DNA of 64,000 nt from Solirubrobacterales bacterium (GTDB lineage: Bacteria > Actinomycetota > Thermoleophilia > Solirubrobacterales > 70-9). Position numbers and translations under genes: made by a program. The stretch is taken from positions 86,054 to 150,053 of the forward strand of contig JBJMKP010000001.1 in NCBI GenBank assembly GCA_045805745.1, written 5' to 3'. Below are positions 53,225 to 63,626 of the stretch, piece after piece (the stretch's first letter is position 1; each line of letters begins with the position of its first letter). The notes below the pieces were generated by a model. The model searched no databases. It worked only from the letters and a program-made list of their open reading frames with translations, and was not told the origin of the DNA.

Positions 53225-55486
53225 GTAGATCAAGCCGAGACCGACGGGCGAATCGAATTGCCAATCGAGGGGATGACCTGCTCGTCCTGCGCCGGCCGGG
53301 TGGAGAAGCGGCTCAACGCGCTCGAGGGCGTCGAGGCGACGGTCAACTTTGCGACCGAGCGGGCCACGGTCAGCTTCGACCCAGGCCGAGTCGCGCTCGA
53401 GGATCTGGCCGGCGCGGTCGCGGACGTCGGCTACTCGGCGGCGCTGCCAGCCGTGGATGGAGAAGAGGGGGAGGCGCCGGAAGCCGACTCGACCGAGGAC
53501 CTGCGCCGCCGCCTGATCTTCTCCGCTGCCCTCTCGCTGCCGGTCCTGGCGATGGCGATGATCGAGCCGCTCCAGTTCCGCAACTGGCAGTGGCTCTCGC
53601 TGCTGCTGGCGACCCCGGTCGTGCTCTGGGCCGGCTGGCCTTTCCACCAGGCCGCCTGGCAGAACCTCAAGCACGGCGCGACGACGATGGACACGCTGAT
53701 CTCACTCGGCACCCTTGCCGCGCTTGGCTGGTCGCTCTACGCGCTCTTCTTCGGCGACGCCGGGATGCCGGGGATGAAGATGCCCTTCCAGCTCGTCTCC
53801 GAGCGGGGAGCCGGCGGCGACGAGATCTATCTCGAGGTGGCCGCGGTGGTCACCACCTTCATTCTCGCCGGGCGCTACTTCGAGGAACGGGCCAAGCGGC
53901 GCGCCGGGGCGGCACTGGCGGCGCTGCTCGACCTCGGCGCCAAGGACGTCGCCCTGCTCGACGCCGACGGCAGCGAGCGGCGGGTCCCGGTCGAGGAGCT
54001 CGCGGTCGGCGACCGTTTCCTCGTGCGGCCGGGCGAGAAGGTCGCGACCGACGGCCTCGTCGAGAGCGGCGCCTCGGCGGTCGACCAGTCGCTGGTCACC
54101 GGTGAGTCCGTCCCGGTCGAGGTGGGGCCGGGGGACGAGGTGATCGGCGCGACCGTCAACGTCGGCGGGCGCCTCGTCGTCCGGGCGACCAAGATCGGCG
54201 AGGAAACCGCCCTGGCGCAGATCGCCCGTTTGGTCACCGAGGCGCAGTCGGGCAAGGCCCCCGTGCAGCGGCTGGCCGATCGGGTCAGCGCCGTCTTCGT
54301 CCCGGTCGTGATCGTCCTCGCGCTCGGCACCCTCGTCTTCTGGCTCGTCGACGGGGCGGGGGCGAGCTTTGCCTTCACCGCGGCGGTCGCGGTCCTGATC
54401 ATCGCCTGTCCCTGCGCCCTAGGACTGGCAACGCCGACGGCGCTGCTGGTCGGGACCGGCCGCGGCGCCCAGCTGGGACTGCTGATCAAGGGTCCGGAAG
54501 TGCTGGAGTCGACGCAGCGGATCGACACCGTGGTCCTCGACAAGACCGGCACGGTGACGAGCGGCGAGATGTCCGTGGTCGCGGTGCACGCGGCGCGGGG
54601 GACCGACGAGGCCGAGGTGCTGCGTCTGGCCGGCGCGGTCGAGGACGCCTCCGGGCACCCGATCGCAGCAGCGATCGCGGCGCGGGCAAAGGAAGAGTTC
54701 GAGCTGCTGCCGGCGGTCGATGACTTCGCCAGCGAGGCGGGGGTCGGGGTGCGAGGCAGCGTTGGCGGTCGTTCGGTCGTCGTCGGCCGCGCTGCCTCAA
54801 TGTCGACTTTGTTCGGAATAGCCGAACAAAAGCGACTCGCCCTCCCGCCGGCGCTGACCGCTGCGCGAGGCGAGGCCGAAGCGCTGGGCCAGACCGCGAT
54901 CGCGGTCGGCTGGGACGGCGAGGCGCGCGGCCTCGTGGTCGTCGCCGACACCGTCAAGCCCTCGAGTCGCGAGGCGATCGCCGAGCTGCGGGAGCTGGGC
55001 CTGCGCCCGGTGCTGCTGACCGGCGACAACGAGGCGACCGCCCGGGCGGTGGCGGCCGAGGTCGGGATCGACGAGGCAATTGCCGAGGTGATGCCGGACG
55101 AGAAGGCGGCAATGGTCGCGCGTCTGCAGTCCGAGGGTCGGACCGTGGCGATGGTCGGCGACGGAGTCAACGACGCCCCGGCGCTGGCCCAGGCCGACCT
55201 CGGCCTGGCGATCGGCACCGGTACCGACGTCGCGATCGAGGCCTCCGACATCACCCTGATCTCCGGCGACCCCCAGGCGATCGCCGACGCGATCCGCCTC
55301 TCCCGTCGCACCCTGGCGACGATCAAGGGCAACCTCTTCTGGGCCTTCGCCTACAACGTCGCCGCGATCCCCCTGGCGGCCGCCGGCTTCCTCAACCCGA
55401 TCGTGGCCGGCGCCGCTATGGCTCTCTCCAGCATCTTCGTGGTGACCAACTCGCTGAGGCTACGAGGGTTCACGCCTCGAGGCTGA
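53216..55486 (+). CDS. copA: copper-translocating P1B-type ATPase
   Basis: GMTCSSC metal-binding domain, CPC in TM6, [13 protein letters not shown]. Alternative in-frame TTG start at 53258. Confidence 0.93.
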   Translation: MGYVDQAETDGRIELPIEGMTCSSCAGRVEKRLNALEGVEATVNFATERATVSFDPGRVALEDLAGAVADVGYSAALPAVDGEEGEAPEADSTEDLRRRLIFSAALSLPVLAMAMIEPLQFRNWQWLSLLLATPVVLWAGWPFHQAAWQNLKHGATTMDTLISLGTLAALGWSLYALFFGDAGMPGMKMPFQLVSERGAGGDEIYLEVAAVVTTFILAGRYFEERAKRRAGAALAALLDLGAKDVALLDADGSERRVPVEELAVGDRFLVRPGEKVATDGLVESGASAVDQSLVTGESVPVEVGPGDEVIGATVNVGGRLVVRATKIGEETALAQIARLVTEAQSGKAPVQRLADRVSAVFVPVVIVLALGTLVFWLVDGAGASFAFTAAVAVLIIACPCALGLATPTALLVGTGRGAQLGLLIKGPEVLESTQRIDTVVLDKTGTVTSGEMSVVAVHAARGTDEAEVLRLAGAVEDASGHPIAAAIAARAKEEFELLPAVDDFASEAGVGVRGSVGGRSVVVGRAASMSTLFGIAEQKRLALPPALTAARGEAEALGQTAIAVGWDGEARGLVVVADTVKPSSREAIAELRELGLRPVLLTGDNEATARAVAAEVGIDEAIAEVMPDEKAAMVARLQSEGRTVAMVGDGVNDAPALAQADLGLAIGTGTDVAIEASDITLISGDPQAIADAIRLSRRTLATIKGNLFWAFAYNVAAIPLAAAGFLNPIVAGAAMALSSIFVVTNSLRLRGFTPRG

Positions 55487-55526
55487 GTTCAGACAATTAG
55501 ACGATTAAACGTCTAATCGTCTGAAC
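55487..55526. terminator. AT-rich 17-bp-stem hairpin between convergent copA and the propeller gene
   Basis: GTTCAGACAATTAGACG-ATTAA-ACGTCTAATCGTCTGAAC with one mismatch, plus nearby GACGATTAA / TAATCGTCT direct repeats. Confidence 0.6.
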
Positions 55527-55544
55527 GATTAATCGTCTAAGTCG

Positions 55545-57116
55545 CTAACGCTTGATCAGCTTCAGCGTCTTGCCCTTGGTCCGGGCCTTGCCGCCGGTGG
55601 GCGTGAACTTGACCTTGATCCGGATCTTGGCGCTTCCCTTGGCGTTGAGCTGCTTCTTCGTCTTCGGCTTCGGGCGGATGTTGAGGGTGACGACGCCGGC
55701 CTTTTTGGTGCTGCGCTTGGCCGCCTTCACCTTGCCGAAGAGGGAGATCTTGCCCGCGTAGGGGACCTTGACCTTGAGCTTCGCGGTGCCCTTGCTTTTG
55801 TTGCGGGTGAGTGACCCGAAGGTGAAGGTGTTCGGAGCTTTGACGGTGATCTGCTGCGTCGGATTCGCGCCGTTACAGAAGGCAGTGCGGCCGGTGAAGA
55901 CGAAGCCCGAGCAGCCCTCGTTGTCGACCAAGGACAGACCCACGGCGTAGGTGCCGGCTTTGGCGTATTTGTGAACCGTGGAGGGGCCGGCGTTGGGGGC
56001 GGTGACACCGTCGCCGTAGTTCCAGTTGAAGCTCGCAACGGTGCCGTCCGGATCGAGAACGTTTACCGCGTCGAAGCGCAGCGAGAGCGAGTTGCTCTTC
56101 GACGCAGTCGCCGTGAACGACCCGCTCGGCGACTGGTCAGGGACGATCGCGATCTGCCAGGGGCCGCCCGGTACCGGGATAGTGGTCGTCTGGTTGGTCG
56201 CGGTGTTGATCGCGGTGACGCTGTCCCCTGAATAGTTGGCGACGTAGACCGTCCTTCCATCGGGCGTCGAGGCAAGTTCGTAGGGCTCTTCGCCAGTAGG
56301 GATCGGTCCGACGACCGCCTGCCCGGTCTGGGTGTCGATCACCGAGACGGAGTTGGCGTCTTCGTTGCTGACATAGAGCCTGGTCGCGCTGGGGTTCAGT
56401 CCGAGGCCCCATGGTTCTTCGCCGACCGGAATCGTTCCCACCGTCTGCCTGGTCTGGGTGTTGATCACAGAGACCGAGTTGCCGCTGTAGTTGGCGACGT
56501 AGGCGATGGTGCCGCTGGGGGAGAAGATGACGTTGATCGGTCCTTTGCCAACAGGAATCGTCCCCAGCGTCTGTCCGGTCTGGGTGTCGATCACCGAGAC
56601 GGAGTTGTCTCCCTGGTTGGTGACGTAAGCCGTTTTCCCGTCGGGGGAGAAGGCGACGCCCCATGGGTCTTTACCGACGCCTACCGGGCCACCGACCACT
56701 TTGCCGGCCAGGAGGTCGACCACCACGAAGCGGTCCGAGTCCTGATCGGTGACGTAGGCGATGCTGCCGTTGGGGGAGATCGCGATCGTCGCCGGCTGGA
56801 TTCCGAGCGGGATCGTGCCGACCGCCTGGTTGCTCTGCGTATTGATCGCCGTCAGGTCTTCGCTGATTTCGCCCGCCACATAAAGGGTCTGGCCGTTCGG
56901 GGTGACGGCCATGCTGTACGGGCCGTTGCCGGCCGGGATCGGATTGCCGACGACCTGGTTCGTGGCAGTGTCGATCACCGAGACGGAGTCGGTGTCGTAG
57001 TTGCCCGTGTAGACGTACCGCGCCAGGGCCTGCGGCGCAAACAACGCCAGGCTCAGGACCGCGAGGGCGGCGATCAGGGGAACACGGGCGCGGAGGGAAC
57101 GACTCTCGGTCGGCAT
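55545..57116 (-). CDS. secreted YVTN-family beta-propeller repeat protein with PKD-like domain and lysine-rich C-terminal module
   Basis: Signal peptide. About 8 repeats of xAYV(T/A)Nxx(D/G)NSVSVIDTxTxQxxGTIPVGxxP. NWNYGDG PKD-like segment. K-rich tail. Start taken at the internal MPTESRS (57116), not the track's 57992. Confidence 0.85.
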   Translation of the reverse strand: MPTESRSLRARVPLIAALAVLSLALFAPQALARYVYTGNYDTDSVSVIDTATNQVVGNPIPAGNGPYSMAVTPNGQTLYVAGEISEDLTAINTQSNQAVGTIPLGIQPATIAISPNGSIAYVTDQDSDRFVVVDLLAGKVVGGPVGVGKDPWGVAFSPDGKTAYVTNQGDNSVSVIDTQTGQTLGTIPVGKGPINVIFSPSGTIAYVANYSGNSVSVINTQTRQTVGTIPVGEEPWGLGLNPSATRLYVSNEDANSVSVIDTQTGQAVVGPIPTGEEPYELASTPDGRTVYVANYSGDSVTAINTATNQTTTIPVPGGPWQIAIVPDQSPSGSFTATASKSNSLSLRFDAVNVLDPDGTVASFNWNYGDGVTAPNAGPSTVHKYAKAGTYAVGLSLVDNEGCSGFVFTGRTAFCNGANPTQQITVKAPNTFTFGSLTRNKSKGTAKLKVKVPYAGKISLFGKVKAAKRSTKKAGVVTLNIRPKPKTKKQLNAKGSAKIRIKVKFTPTGGKARTKGKTLKLIKR

Positions 57117-57163
57117 GAGCGCGAGTCTAGTTCCCGGCTGAGGCGGGAAAACGATCGCAGGCA

Positions 57164-57967
57164 TCAGAGCCTGGGCCCGACGGTGAGCAGGTACTCCATC
57201 TCGAAGCGGGCGTCGTCCTCGCTGCCCTGGTTCCACTCGGCGCAGAACTCGCTCAGAATGCGGTCGAACTCCTCGGCGCGGCCCTCTTTCTCGGCGTTGG
57301 CGCGGGCGGCGATCGTCGGGCCGTAGCGCTGCTTGAAGTGCTCGCCGTAGTCGTCGGGACGGGCAAAGGCGGTGACCTCGAGGACGCCTTTCTCGATCGA
57401 CTCCAGCTCGACCCGCTCGCCGAGCAAGCCGCGGAGGTGGTCCTCGCCACCCCAGAGCGGCGGCGGCTGCGCGCCTTCGGGTGGGGGCGGCATGAACTGG
57501 CCCATGGCGCGGAAGAGGGCGCCGATCATCCCCTCGGGCGTCCAGCTGAGGAGGCCGATCTTGCCGCCGGCTCGGCAGACCCGAATCAGCTCGTCGGCGG
57601 CTTTCTGGTGGAAGGGGGCGAACATCACCCCGATCGAGGAGATGACGACGTCGAAGCTCGCGTCCTCGAAGGGAAGGTCGTGGGCGTCGGCCTCGACCCA
57701 CTCGAGCTCGACCCCCTCGGCCTCGGCGCGAGCCCGGCCGGCCTTGAAAAGCTCGGGGGTGAGGTCGCTGGCAACCACGTCGGCGCCCGTCTTGGCGGCG
57801 ACGATCGCCGCGTTGCCGGTGCCGGCGGCGACGTCGAGGACGCGCTGGCCGGGGCCGATTCCGCAGGCCTCGACGAGGCGTGGGCCGAGCGGCAGGAGGA
57901 AGGTCTCGACCATCGAGGGGTAGTCGCCGGAAGCCCACATCGCCCGATGTTTCTGCCGCAGGTCCAC
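57164..57967 (-). CDS. class I SAM-dependent methyltransferase
   Basis: VLDVAAGTGN motif I and FDVVISS. Confidence 0.88.
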   Translation of the reverse strand: MDLRQKHRAMWASGDYPSMVETFLLPLGPRLVEACGIGPGQRVLDVAAGTGNAAIVAAKTGADVVASDLTPELFKAGRARAEAEGVELEWVEADAHDLPFEDASFDVVISSIGVMFAPFHQKAADELIRVCRAGGKIGLLSWTPEGMIGALFRAMGQFMPPPPEGAQPPPLWGGEDHLRGLLGERVELESIEKGVLEVTAFARPDDYGEHFKQRYGPTIAARANAEKEGRAEEFDRILSEFCAEWNQGSEDDARFEMEYLLTVGPRL

Positions 57968-58035
57968 TATGTCTCCTTCGTTTGCTTGACATCCCTTTCT
58001 ACGTCTTCGTGGGGGACCGGGTCAAGCGGCGCTGT

Positions 58036-60189
58036 TCAGGACCCGCTCTCCGTCGCCACCTGCGGCGCCTCACGCTCGACCTCGATGCGGGGGAGGATCC
58101 GCTCCAGCCAGTCCGGGATCCACCAGTTGCGCGGGCCGAGCAGCTGCATTACCGCCGGCACCAGGACCATCCGCACCAGGGTGGCGTCGAGGAAGATCGC
58201 CGCCGCCAGCCCGATCCCGAAGAGCTTGAGGAAGACTTCGGGGGAGGCGACGAAGGCGAGGAAGACGACGACCATAATCGCCGCCGCCGCGGTGATCACC
58301 CGGGCGGTCTTGGCGAGGCCGTCGGCGACCGCCCGGCGGGTGTCTTCGTCCTTCAGGTACTCCTCGCGGATCCGCGAGATCAAGAAGACCTCGTAGTCCA
58401 TCGATAAGCCGAAGAGGATCGCGAACATCATCACCGGCATGAACGGCGCTATCGGCACTTCGTGGTCGATCCCGATCAGTTCGCCGACTGCGCCGCCCTG
58501 GGCGACGAGGGTCATCACCCCGTAGGCGGCGCTCACCGAGAGCAGGTTCATCACCGCTGCCTTGAGCGAGATGAAGGGGGAGTGGAAGGCAACCAGTAGC
58601 AGCAGGAACGAGAGCCCGACGACGCCGGCGATGAACCACGGCATGCGGCCGGTGATGAAGGAGCTCTGGTCCTCGAGCGCGGCGTTGACTCCGCCGACCA
58701 GGACGTTGATGCCCGAGTCGCCGACCGCGGCCGGGATCACCGTTCCGCGCAGCCGGTCGACCAGTTCCGAGGTCGCCTCGTCCTGGGGCGAGGTGGTGGG
58801 GATGACGGTGACGATCGCCGCGGTGTCGTCGGAGTTGAAGCGCGCGGCCGGGACGTAGGCAACACCCTCCTCTTCCCGCAGGGCCGAGACGAGGCCGGCA
58901 ACGGCCGCCTTCCCTCCCGAGTCGGGCAGTTCGACGGCGACCACCAGCGGCCCGTTGGCGCCAGGCCCGAAGCCCTCGCTGATCAGGTCGTAGGCCTGGC
59001 GGGTCATCGTGTCCGGCTGGTCGTTGCCGGCGTCGGGGAAGCCGAGGCGCATGCCGAGCGCCGGGGCGGCGAGCGCCAGCAGGATCGCGGTGGCGACGAT
59101 CGCCGCGGTCCAGGGGCGTCGCTGCACGGCGTGGCTCCAGCGGGCGGCGGGCGATTCGCCGTCTTCCTTGGCGTCGAGGCTGCGGCCTAGAAGCGGGATC
59201 CGCAGGCGGTCGACGTTCGGCCCGAGGTAGGAGAGCAGCGCTGGCAGCAGGGTGATCGAGGCCAGCATCACGACCAGCACCGCGAGCGCGGCCGAGATCG
59301 CTACCCCGTACATGTACGGCAGCCCGGTGAGGAAGAGGCCGAGGATCGCGACGACGACGGTGCAGCCGGCGATGATCACGCTGCGCCCTGCGGTGGTGAC
59401 CGCCTCGACCACCGCGTCGTGGCGGTCCTTGCCGTCCTTCATCGCCGAGCGGAAGCGGGTCAGGACCAGCAGCGCGTAGTCGATGCCGACGCCGATCCCG
59501 ATCAGCCCCGAGACCGCCGTGGTCCAGTTGGGGACGTCGATCACGTTTGCCAGTAGGACGATCAGCCCGCCGGAGGAGATGCCGAGGCCGACGAGGGCGA
59601 TCGCCAGCGGCAGCCCGGCGGCGACCAGCGAGCCGAAGGCGATCAGCAGCACGATCGCCGCGCCGAGGAAGCCGAGGCCCTCCGGGCTGCTCGATTCCTG
59701 GGCGGTGTAGATCGCTTCGCCGCCGAGCTTGATCTCGAGGCCGCCGGCGCTGTTCGATTCGGCCGCGTCGATCAGTTCTTCGCCCTGCTCCTTCTTCACC
59801 TGCCAGCCGGGCACGGTCAGAGGCAGGGTGGTGGTGGCGATCGTGCCGTCGTCGGAGACCCGGATCGCGTTGCGCGATTCGATGTCCTCGATCCCTTCGG
59901 TCTGCTTAAAGAAGGCGTTCATCCGGCGCTGCGAAGCCGGGCTCTTCACCCCGGCGGGGTCTTTCCAGACGACGTAGATTTCTTGGCCCGAATAGCCCCC
60001 GAACTCGCGTTCGGTCAGATCGCTCGCCGCCTTCGAATCCGAGCCCGGGGTGTTGTAGTCGGCTTCGTACTCTCCGGCGAAAGCGGAGCCGAGGCCGATC
60101 ACGACGACGGTCGCGACGATCCAGGCGAGGACCATGCGGCCACGGCGGCGGTAGGCGATATCGGCGAGGCGGGCGAGATGACGGGTCAT
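58036..60189 (-). CDS. MMPL family (RND superfamily) transporter
   Basis: 717 aa with two 6-TM bundles. GIGVGIDYALLVLTRF and GLSMDYEVFLISRIRE motifs. Confidence 0.9.
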   Translation of the reverse strand: MTRHLARLADIAYRRRGRMVLAWIVATVVVIGLGSAFAGEYEADYNTPGSDSKAASDLTEREFGGYSGQEIYVVWKDPAGVKSPASQRRMNAFFKQTEGIEDIESRNAIRVSDDGTIATTTLPLTVPGWQVKKEQGEELIDAAESNSAGGLEIKLGGEAIYTAQESSSPEGLGFLGAAIVLLIAFGSLVAAGLPLAIALVGLGISSGGLIVLLANVIDVPNWTTAVSGLIGIGVGIDYALLVLTRFRSAMKDGKDRHDAVVEAVTTAGRSVIIAGCTVVVAILGLFLTGLPYMYGVAISAALAVLVVMLASITLLPALLSYLGPNVDRLRIPLLGRSLDAKEDGESPAARWSHAVQRRPWTAAIVATAILLALAAPALGMRLGFPDAGNDQPDTMTRQAYDLISEGFGPGANGPLVVAVELPDSGGKAAVAGLVSALREEEGVAYVPAARFNSDDTAAIVTVIPTTSPQDEATSELVDRLRGTVIPAAVGDSGINVLVGGVNAALEDQSSFITGRMPWFIAGVVGLSFLLLLVAFHSPFISLKAAVMNLLSVSAAYGVMTLVAQGGAVGELIGIDHEVPIAPFMPVMMFAILFGLSMDYEVFLISRIREEYLKDEDTRRAVADGLAKTARVITAAAAIMVVVFLAFVASPEVFLKLFGIGLAAAIFLDATLVRMVLVPAVMQLLGPRNWWIPDWLERILPRIEVEREAPQVATESGS

Positions 60190-60297
60190 GCGGAGCTACC
60201 TCCGTGTGAAAGATCTTTACGACTGGTTTACAGCTGGAAAGGTTCCAGAGAGAAACTATTCATATCAAAAAGTAATCTGGGTAAGCTTCCTGGCGCA

Positions 60298-60792
60298 ATG
60301 ACCGAGAATCGCATCAACGGCGACCGGGCGCCCTCGACGCTCGCCTTCCTCCTCTCCCAGGTGGGCATCCACGCCTCACGGCAGTTCGCCGAACGGATCG
60401 ACGCGGCCGGCATCAACCCGCCGCTCTTCCGCATCCTCAACCTGGTCGACGCTGCCGAAGGCCGCTCGCAGCAGGCGATCGGCCAGGCGATCGAGGTTCC
60501 CGCCAGCCGCATGGTCGCCCTGGTCGACGAGCTGGAGCAGCGCGGGCTGGTCGAGCGCCGTCCCGATCCCGACGACCGGCGGGTCCGCGCCCTCTACCTG
60601 ACTCCCGAGGGCAAGCACACCCTGGCGCGCGGGCGCAAGATCGCCAAGCAGCACGAGGACGAGCTGACCCGCGGCCTGGCCGCCGCCGACCGCAAGCGGC
60701 TGCTCGACCTGCTGCAGAAGATGGTCGATGCCCAGGCGATCGGTCGCGGGGTGCATCCCGGCCTGAGCGGGGCGGGCGGCGCCGCCAAGTAG
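60298..60792 (+). CDS. MarR family transcriptional regulator
   Basis: QQAIGQAIEVPASRMVALVDELEQRGLVERRPDPDDRRVRALYLTPEG winged helix. Divergent from the MMPL gene. Confidence 0.88.
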   Translation: MTENRINGDRAPSTLAFLLSQVGIHASRQFAERIDAAGINPPLFRILNLVDAAEGRSQQAIGQAIEVPASRMVALVDELEQRGLVERRPDPDDRRVRALYLTPEGKHTLARGRKIAKQHEDELTRGLAAADRKRLLDLLQKMVDAQAIGRGVHPGLSGAGGAAK

Positions 60793-60863
60793 GCGCCGCA
60801 ACCGCGCTTGCAGGGCGCCTTGGCGCCCGGCGCGAGCCTTTTCACCCGCCTACGGTTTACGGG

Positions 60864-60892
60864 AAGCCGGCGCCTATGCCGGCTTTTCTCTT
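60864..60892 (+). terminator. hairpin AAGCCGGC-GCCTAT-GCCGGCTT followed by a T-rich tract
   Basis: 8-bp stem followed by TTCTCTTCTCTC, downstream of the MarR gene. Confidence 0.5.
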
Positions 60893-60897
60893 CTCTC

Positions 60898-62109
60898 ATG
60901 CCCAATCCGACCGCAAAACCGCGCCGGCGCCGGCTTTCGCTGCTCTCGGCGACGGCGCTTGCCCTGCTGCTCGCCTGCCTGGTGGCGGTCGCGAGCGCCC
61001 CTGCCAAGAGCAACTCGGACAAGCTGGAAGCGGTCGAAGGCAAGATCGGCGCGGTTGAAGAACGGAAGGGCGTCCTCACCTCCGACATCGAAGCGATGGG
61101 CGACGAAATCTCCGCTCTGGAAGGGCAGGTTTCGGCGCTGCGCAACCAGGAGGCCGCGGCCGAAGCCGAGCTGGCGAGCAAGCAGGCCGAACTCGACCGG
61201 GCCGAAGCCGAACTGCGCGAAGCGCTGGACCGGCTCGAGAGCCTGCGCGGGAGGCTCAAGCGAGCGCTGGTCAACCTCCGCGAGCGGTTGGTCGCGATCT
61301 ACACCCACGGCTCGCCCGACATCACCACGGTCATCCTCAGCTCGCAGGACTACGGCGACATGGTCGCCCGCACCGAGTACCTCGACGCGATCAACGAAAG
61401 CGACCAGAAGCTGGCCGAGCGGGTGCGGAGCCTGCGCGACGAAGCCAAGAAGCTGGTCCGGGTGCGGAAGACCTCGAAGCTGACGATCGAAAAGGCGCGC
61501 GACCAGATCGCCGCCAAGGAGCAGCGACTGGCCGCGACCCGCTCGACCCTGGAGTCGCGCCAAGGCGCACTTGTCGCGGCGCGGGGCAAGCGCCGCAAGG
61601 CGCTGAACGGCATCCAGGGCAAGCTCGACCAGCACGAGGAAGTCGCCGCCGACCTGCGCGCCGCGATCGCTGAGGAAATCGCCGAAGCGACGGGCGGCAT
61701 GCCGCTGCCCGCCGGTCCGCTGCCCTCGGCCAGCGCCGCCGGCTTCATCTGGCCGGTCGAAGGCACCGTCACCTCGCCCTTCGGCTACCGCTGGGGGCGG
61801 ATGCACGAGGGGATCGACATCTCCGTGCCGGAAGGGACGCCGATCCGCGCCGCGGCCGACGGGACCGTGATCCTGATGCAGTCCGAGGCCGAAAGCGGCG
61901 GCTACGGCAACTACACCTGCGTCGACCACGGCGGTGGGCTCTCAACCTGTTACGCCCATCAGTCGAGTTTCGCGACCTCGGTCGGCGCCTCCGTCAGCCA
62001 GGGCGACGTGATCGGCCTCAGCGGCAACACCGGCAACAGCACCGGCCCCCATCTCCACTTCGAGGTGCGGGTCAACGGCGTCCCGACCGACCCCCTCGGC
62101 TACCTCTAG
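60898..62109 (+). CDS. M23 family metallopeptidase with N-terminal coiled coil (EnvC-like)
   Basis: HEGIDI, GNTGNSTGPHLHFEV and a long heptad-rich region. Start trimmed to MPNPTAK. Confidence 0.88.
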   Translation: MPNPTAKPRRRRLSLLSATALALLLACLVAVASAPAKSNSDKLEAVEGKIGAVEERKGVLTSDIEAMGDEISALEGQVSALRNQEAAAEAELASKQAELDRAEAELREALDRLESLRGRLKRALVNLRERLVAIYTHGSPDITTVILSSQDYGDMVARTEYLDAINESDQKLAERVRSLRDEAKKLVRVRKTSKLTIEKARDQIAAKEQRLAATRSTLESRQGALVAARGKRRKALNGIQGKLDQHEEVAADLRAAIAEEIAEATGGMPLPAGPLPSASAAGFIWPVEGTVTSPFGYRWGRMHEGIDISVPEGTPIRAAADGTVILMQSEAESGGYGNYTCVDHGGGLSTCYAHQSSFATSVGASVSQGDVIGLSGNTGNSTGPHLHFEVRVNGVPTDPLGYL

Positions 62110-62119
62110 ACCTCTACGC

Positions 62120-62974
62120 TTGACGGCGGCGCAGCTGATCCTCTATGCGATTCCCGCCTTCGTGCTGCTGCTCGTAGTCGAGCTGCTCTCGTTCAAGTAC
62201 GCGCGCGACGAGGACCTGGTCGGCTACGAGGCGCGCGACACCCGCACCAGCCTGACGCTGGGCGGCGGCAACGTCCTCATCAACGCGGTCTGGAAGCTGG
62301 TCGTGGTCTTCGTCTACGTCGGCCTGTACGAGCTGACGCCGCTGCGGATGCCGGCCGACATGTGGTGGACCTACGTCCTTCTCTTCTTCGCCGACGACCT
62401 CGCCTACTACTGGTTCCACCGCATCCACCACGAGATGCGGCTCTTCTGGGCCAGCCACGTCGTCCACCACTCCTCCGAGCACTACAACCTCTCGACCGCG
62501 CTGCGCCAAACCTGGACGCCGATGACCGCGCTGCCCTTCTGGGCGCCGCTGGCGCTCCTCGGATTCGCTCCCTGGATGATCCTCACCCAGCAGGCGATTA
62601 GCCTCATCTACCAGTTCTGGATCCACACCGAGCGGGTGAAGAAGATGCCGGCCTGGTTCGAGTTCTTCTTCAACACGCCCTCGCACCACCGCGTCCACCA
62701 CGGCTCCAACGAGGTCTACCTCGACCGCAACTACGGCGGCATCCTGATCGTCTGGGACCGGATCTTCGGCACCTTCCAGGGCGAGACCGAGCGAGTCCGC
62801 TACGGGCTGACGCAGAACATACGCAGCTTCCGGCCGACCCACGTCGCCTTCCACGAGTTCATCGCCATCGCCCACGACGTGCGCCACGCCAAGAGCTGGC
62901 ACGAGCGCTGCGGCTACCTCTTCCGCGGCCCCGGCTGGTCGCCGGACGGGAGCGAGGGCGGCACCCGCGGCTAG
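62120..62974 (+). CDS. fatty acid hydroxylase / sterol desaturase family membrane protein
   Basis: Histidine boxes HRIHH, HVVHHSSEH and HHRVHHG. TTG start. Confidence 0.85.
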   Translation: MTAAQLILYAIPAFVLLLVVELLSFKYARDEDLVGYEARDTRTSLTLGGGNVLINAVWKLVVVFVYVGLYELTPLRMPADMWWTYVLLFFADDLAYYWFHRIHHEMRLFWASHVVHHSSEHYNLSTALRQTWTPMTALPFWAPLALLGFAPWMILTQQAISLIYQFWIHTERVKKMPAWFEFFFNTPSHHRVHHGSNEVYLDRNYGGILIVWDRIFGTFQGETERVRYGLTQNIRSFRPTHVAFHEFIAIAHDVRHAKSWHERCGYLFRGPGWSPDGSEGGTRG

Positions 62975-63600
62975 GGCTGCAGGCGCTGGTGGCTCCAGCC
63001 GCCCTGGTCCTTTGTGTAGAGCAGGCGACGGTGGAGGCGGGTTGGGCTGCCGTGCCAGAACTCGATCAGGTCGGGATCAAGGCGGTAGCCGCCCCAGTTC
63101 CGCGGGCGGCGCAGCTTTGCGCCGTTGAGCTCGTCGGCCTTGCTTCGCAGGGCGTCCGGGTCGGCGAGTGCCGCTCCCTGGTCCGAGGCCACAGTCGTCG
63201 CCCGTCCCGCCGCAGGCCGCTCGGCGAATAGCGCGTCGGACTCCTCCTCGCTCAGCCGCTCGACCGGCCCCTCGATCGTGATCTGCTGCAGCGTCTCGCG
63301 CCAGTAGAGGATCCCCGCGGCGCGGGGGTTGGCAGCCAGGTCGCGGCCCTTGCGACTTTCGTAGCTGCCGGAGAAGACGAGGGTGGGCGTCAGCTGCTTG
63401 ACGAGGAGGGTCCGCACCGACGGCCGTCCCTTGCCGTCGGCGGTTGCCAGGGCCAGCGCCCGCGGCTCCCGCACGCCCATCTCCTCGGCGCCCCGAAGCC
63501 AGGTCTCCAGCAGCGGCAGCGGATCGGCCGGGGGCGAATCGAACTCGGGCAGCTCAAGCGTCGCGTCGCCCGAGAGGGTTTCGACCGGCTCGTCGGGCAT
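62971..63600 (-). CDS. pdxH: pyridoxamine 5'-phosphate oxidase
   Basis: RTLLVK, IEGPVERLSEEESDALF, RPRNWGGYRL.P..IEFWHG...RLH.R. Confidence 0.9.
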   Translation of the reverse strand: MPDEPVETLSGDATLELPEFDSPPADPLPLLETWLRGAEEMGVREPRALALATADGKGRPSVRTLLVKQLTPTLVFSGSYESRKGRDLAANPRAAGILYWRETLQQITIEGPVERLSEEESDALFAERPAAGRATTVASDQGAALADPDALRSKADELNGAKLRRPRNWGGYRLDPDLIEFWHGSPTRLHRRLLYTKDQGGWSHQRLQP

Positions 63601-63626
63601 CTCTTCAATTTAAGCCGTGAGGCCCG

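Noticed and set aside
57117-57992. N-terminal 290-aa extension of the 815-aa ORF (track 55545..57992)
   Set aside because: The extension is R/P-rich and overlaps, out of frame, a clean SAM-methyltransferase gene (57164..57967). The signal peptide begins at the internal MPTESRS, so the propeller gene starts at 57116.
60793-60897. Possible ydaO/c-di-AMP riboswitch upstream of the M23 peptidase gene
   Set aside because: The 105-nt region is too short and lacks the pseudo-two-fold ydaO architecture. It is better explained as a MarR-gene terminator hairpin plus a short leader.
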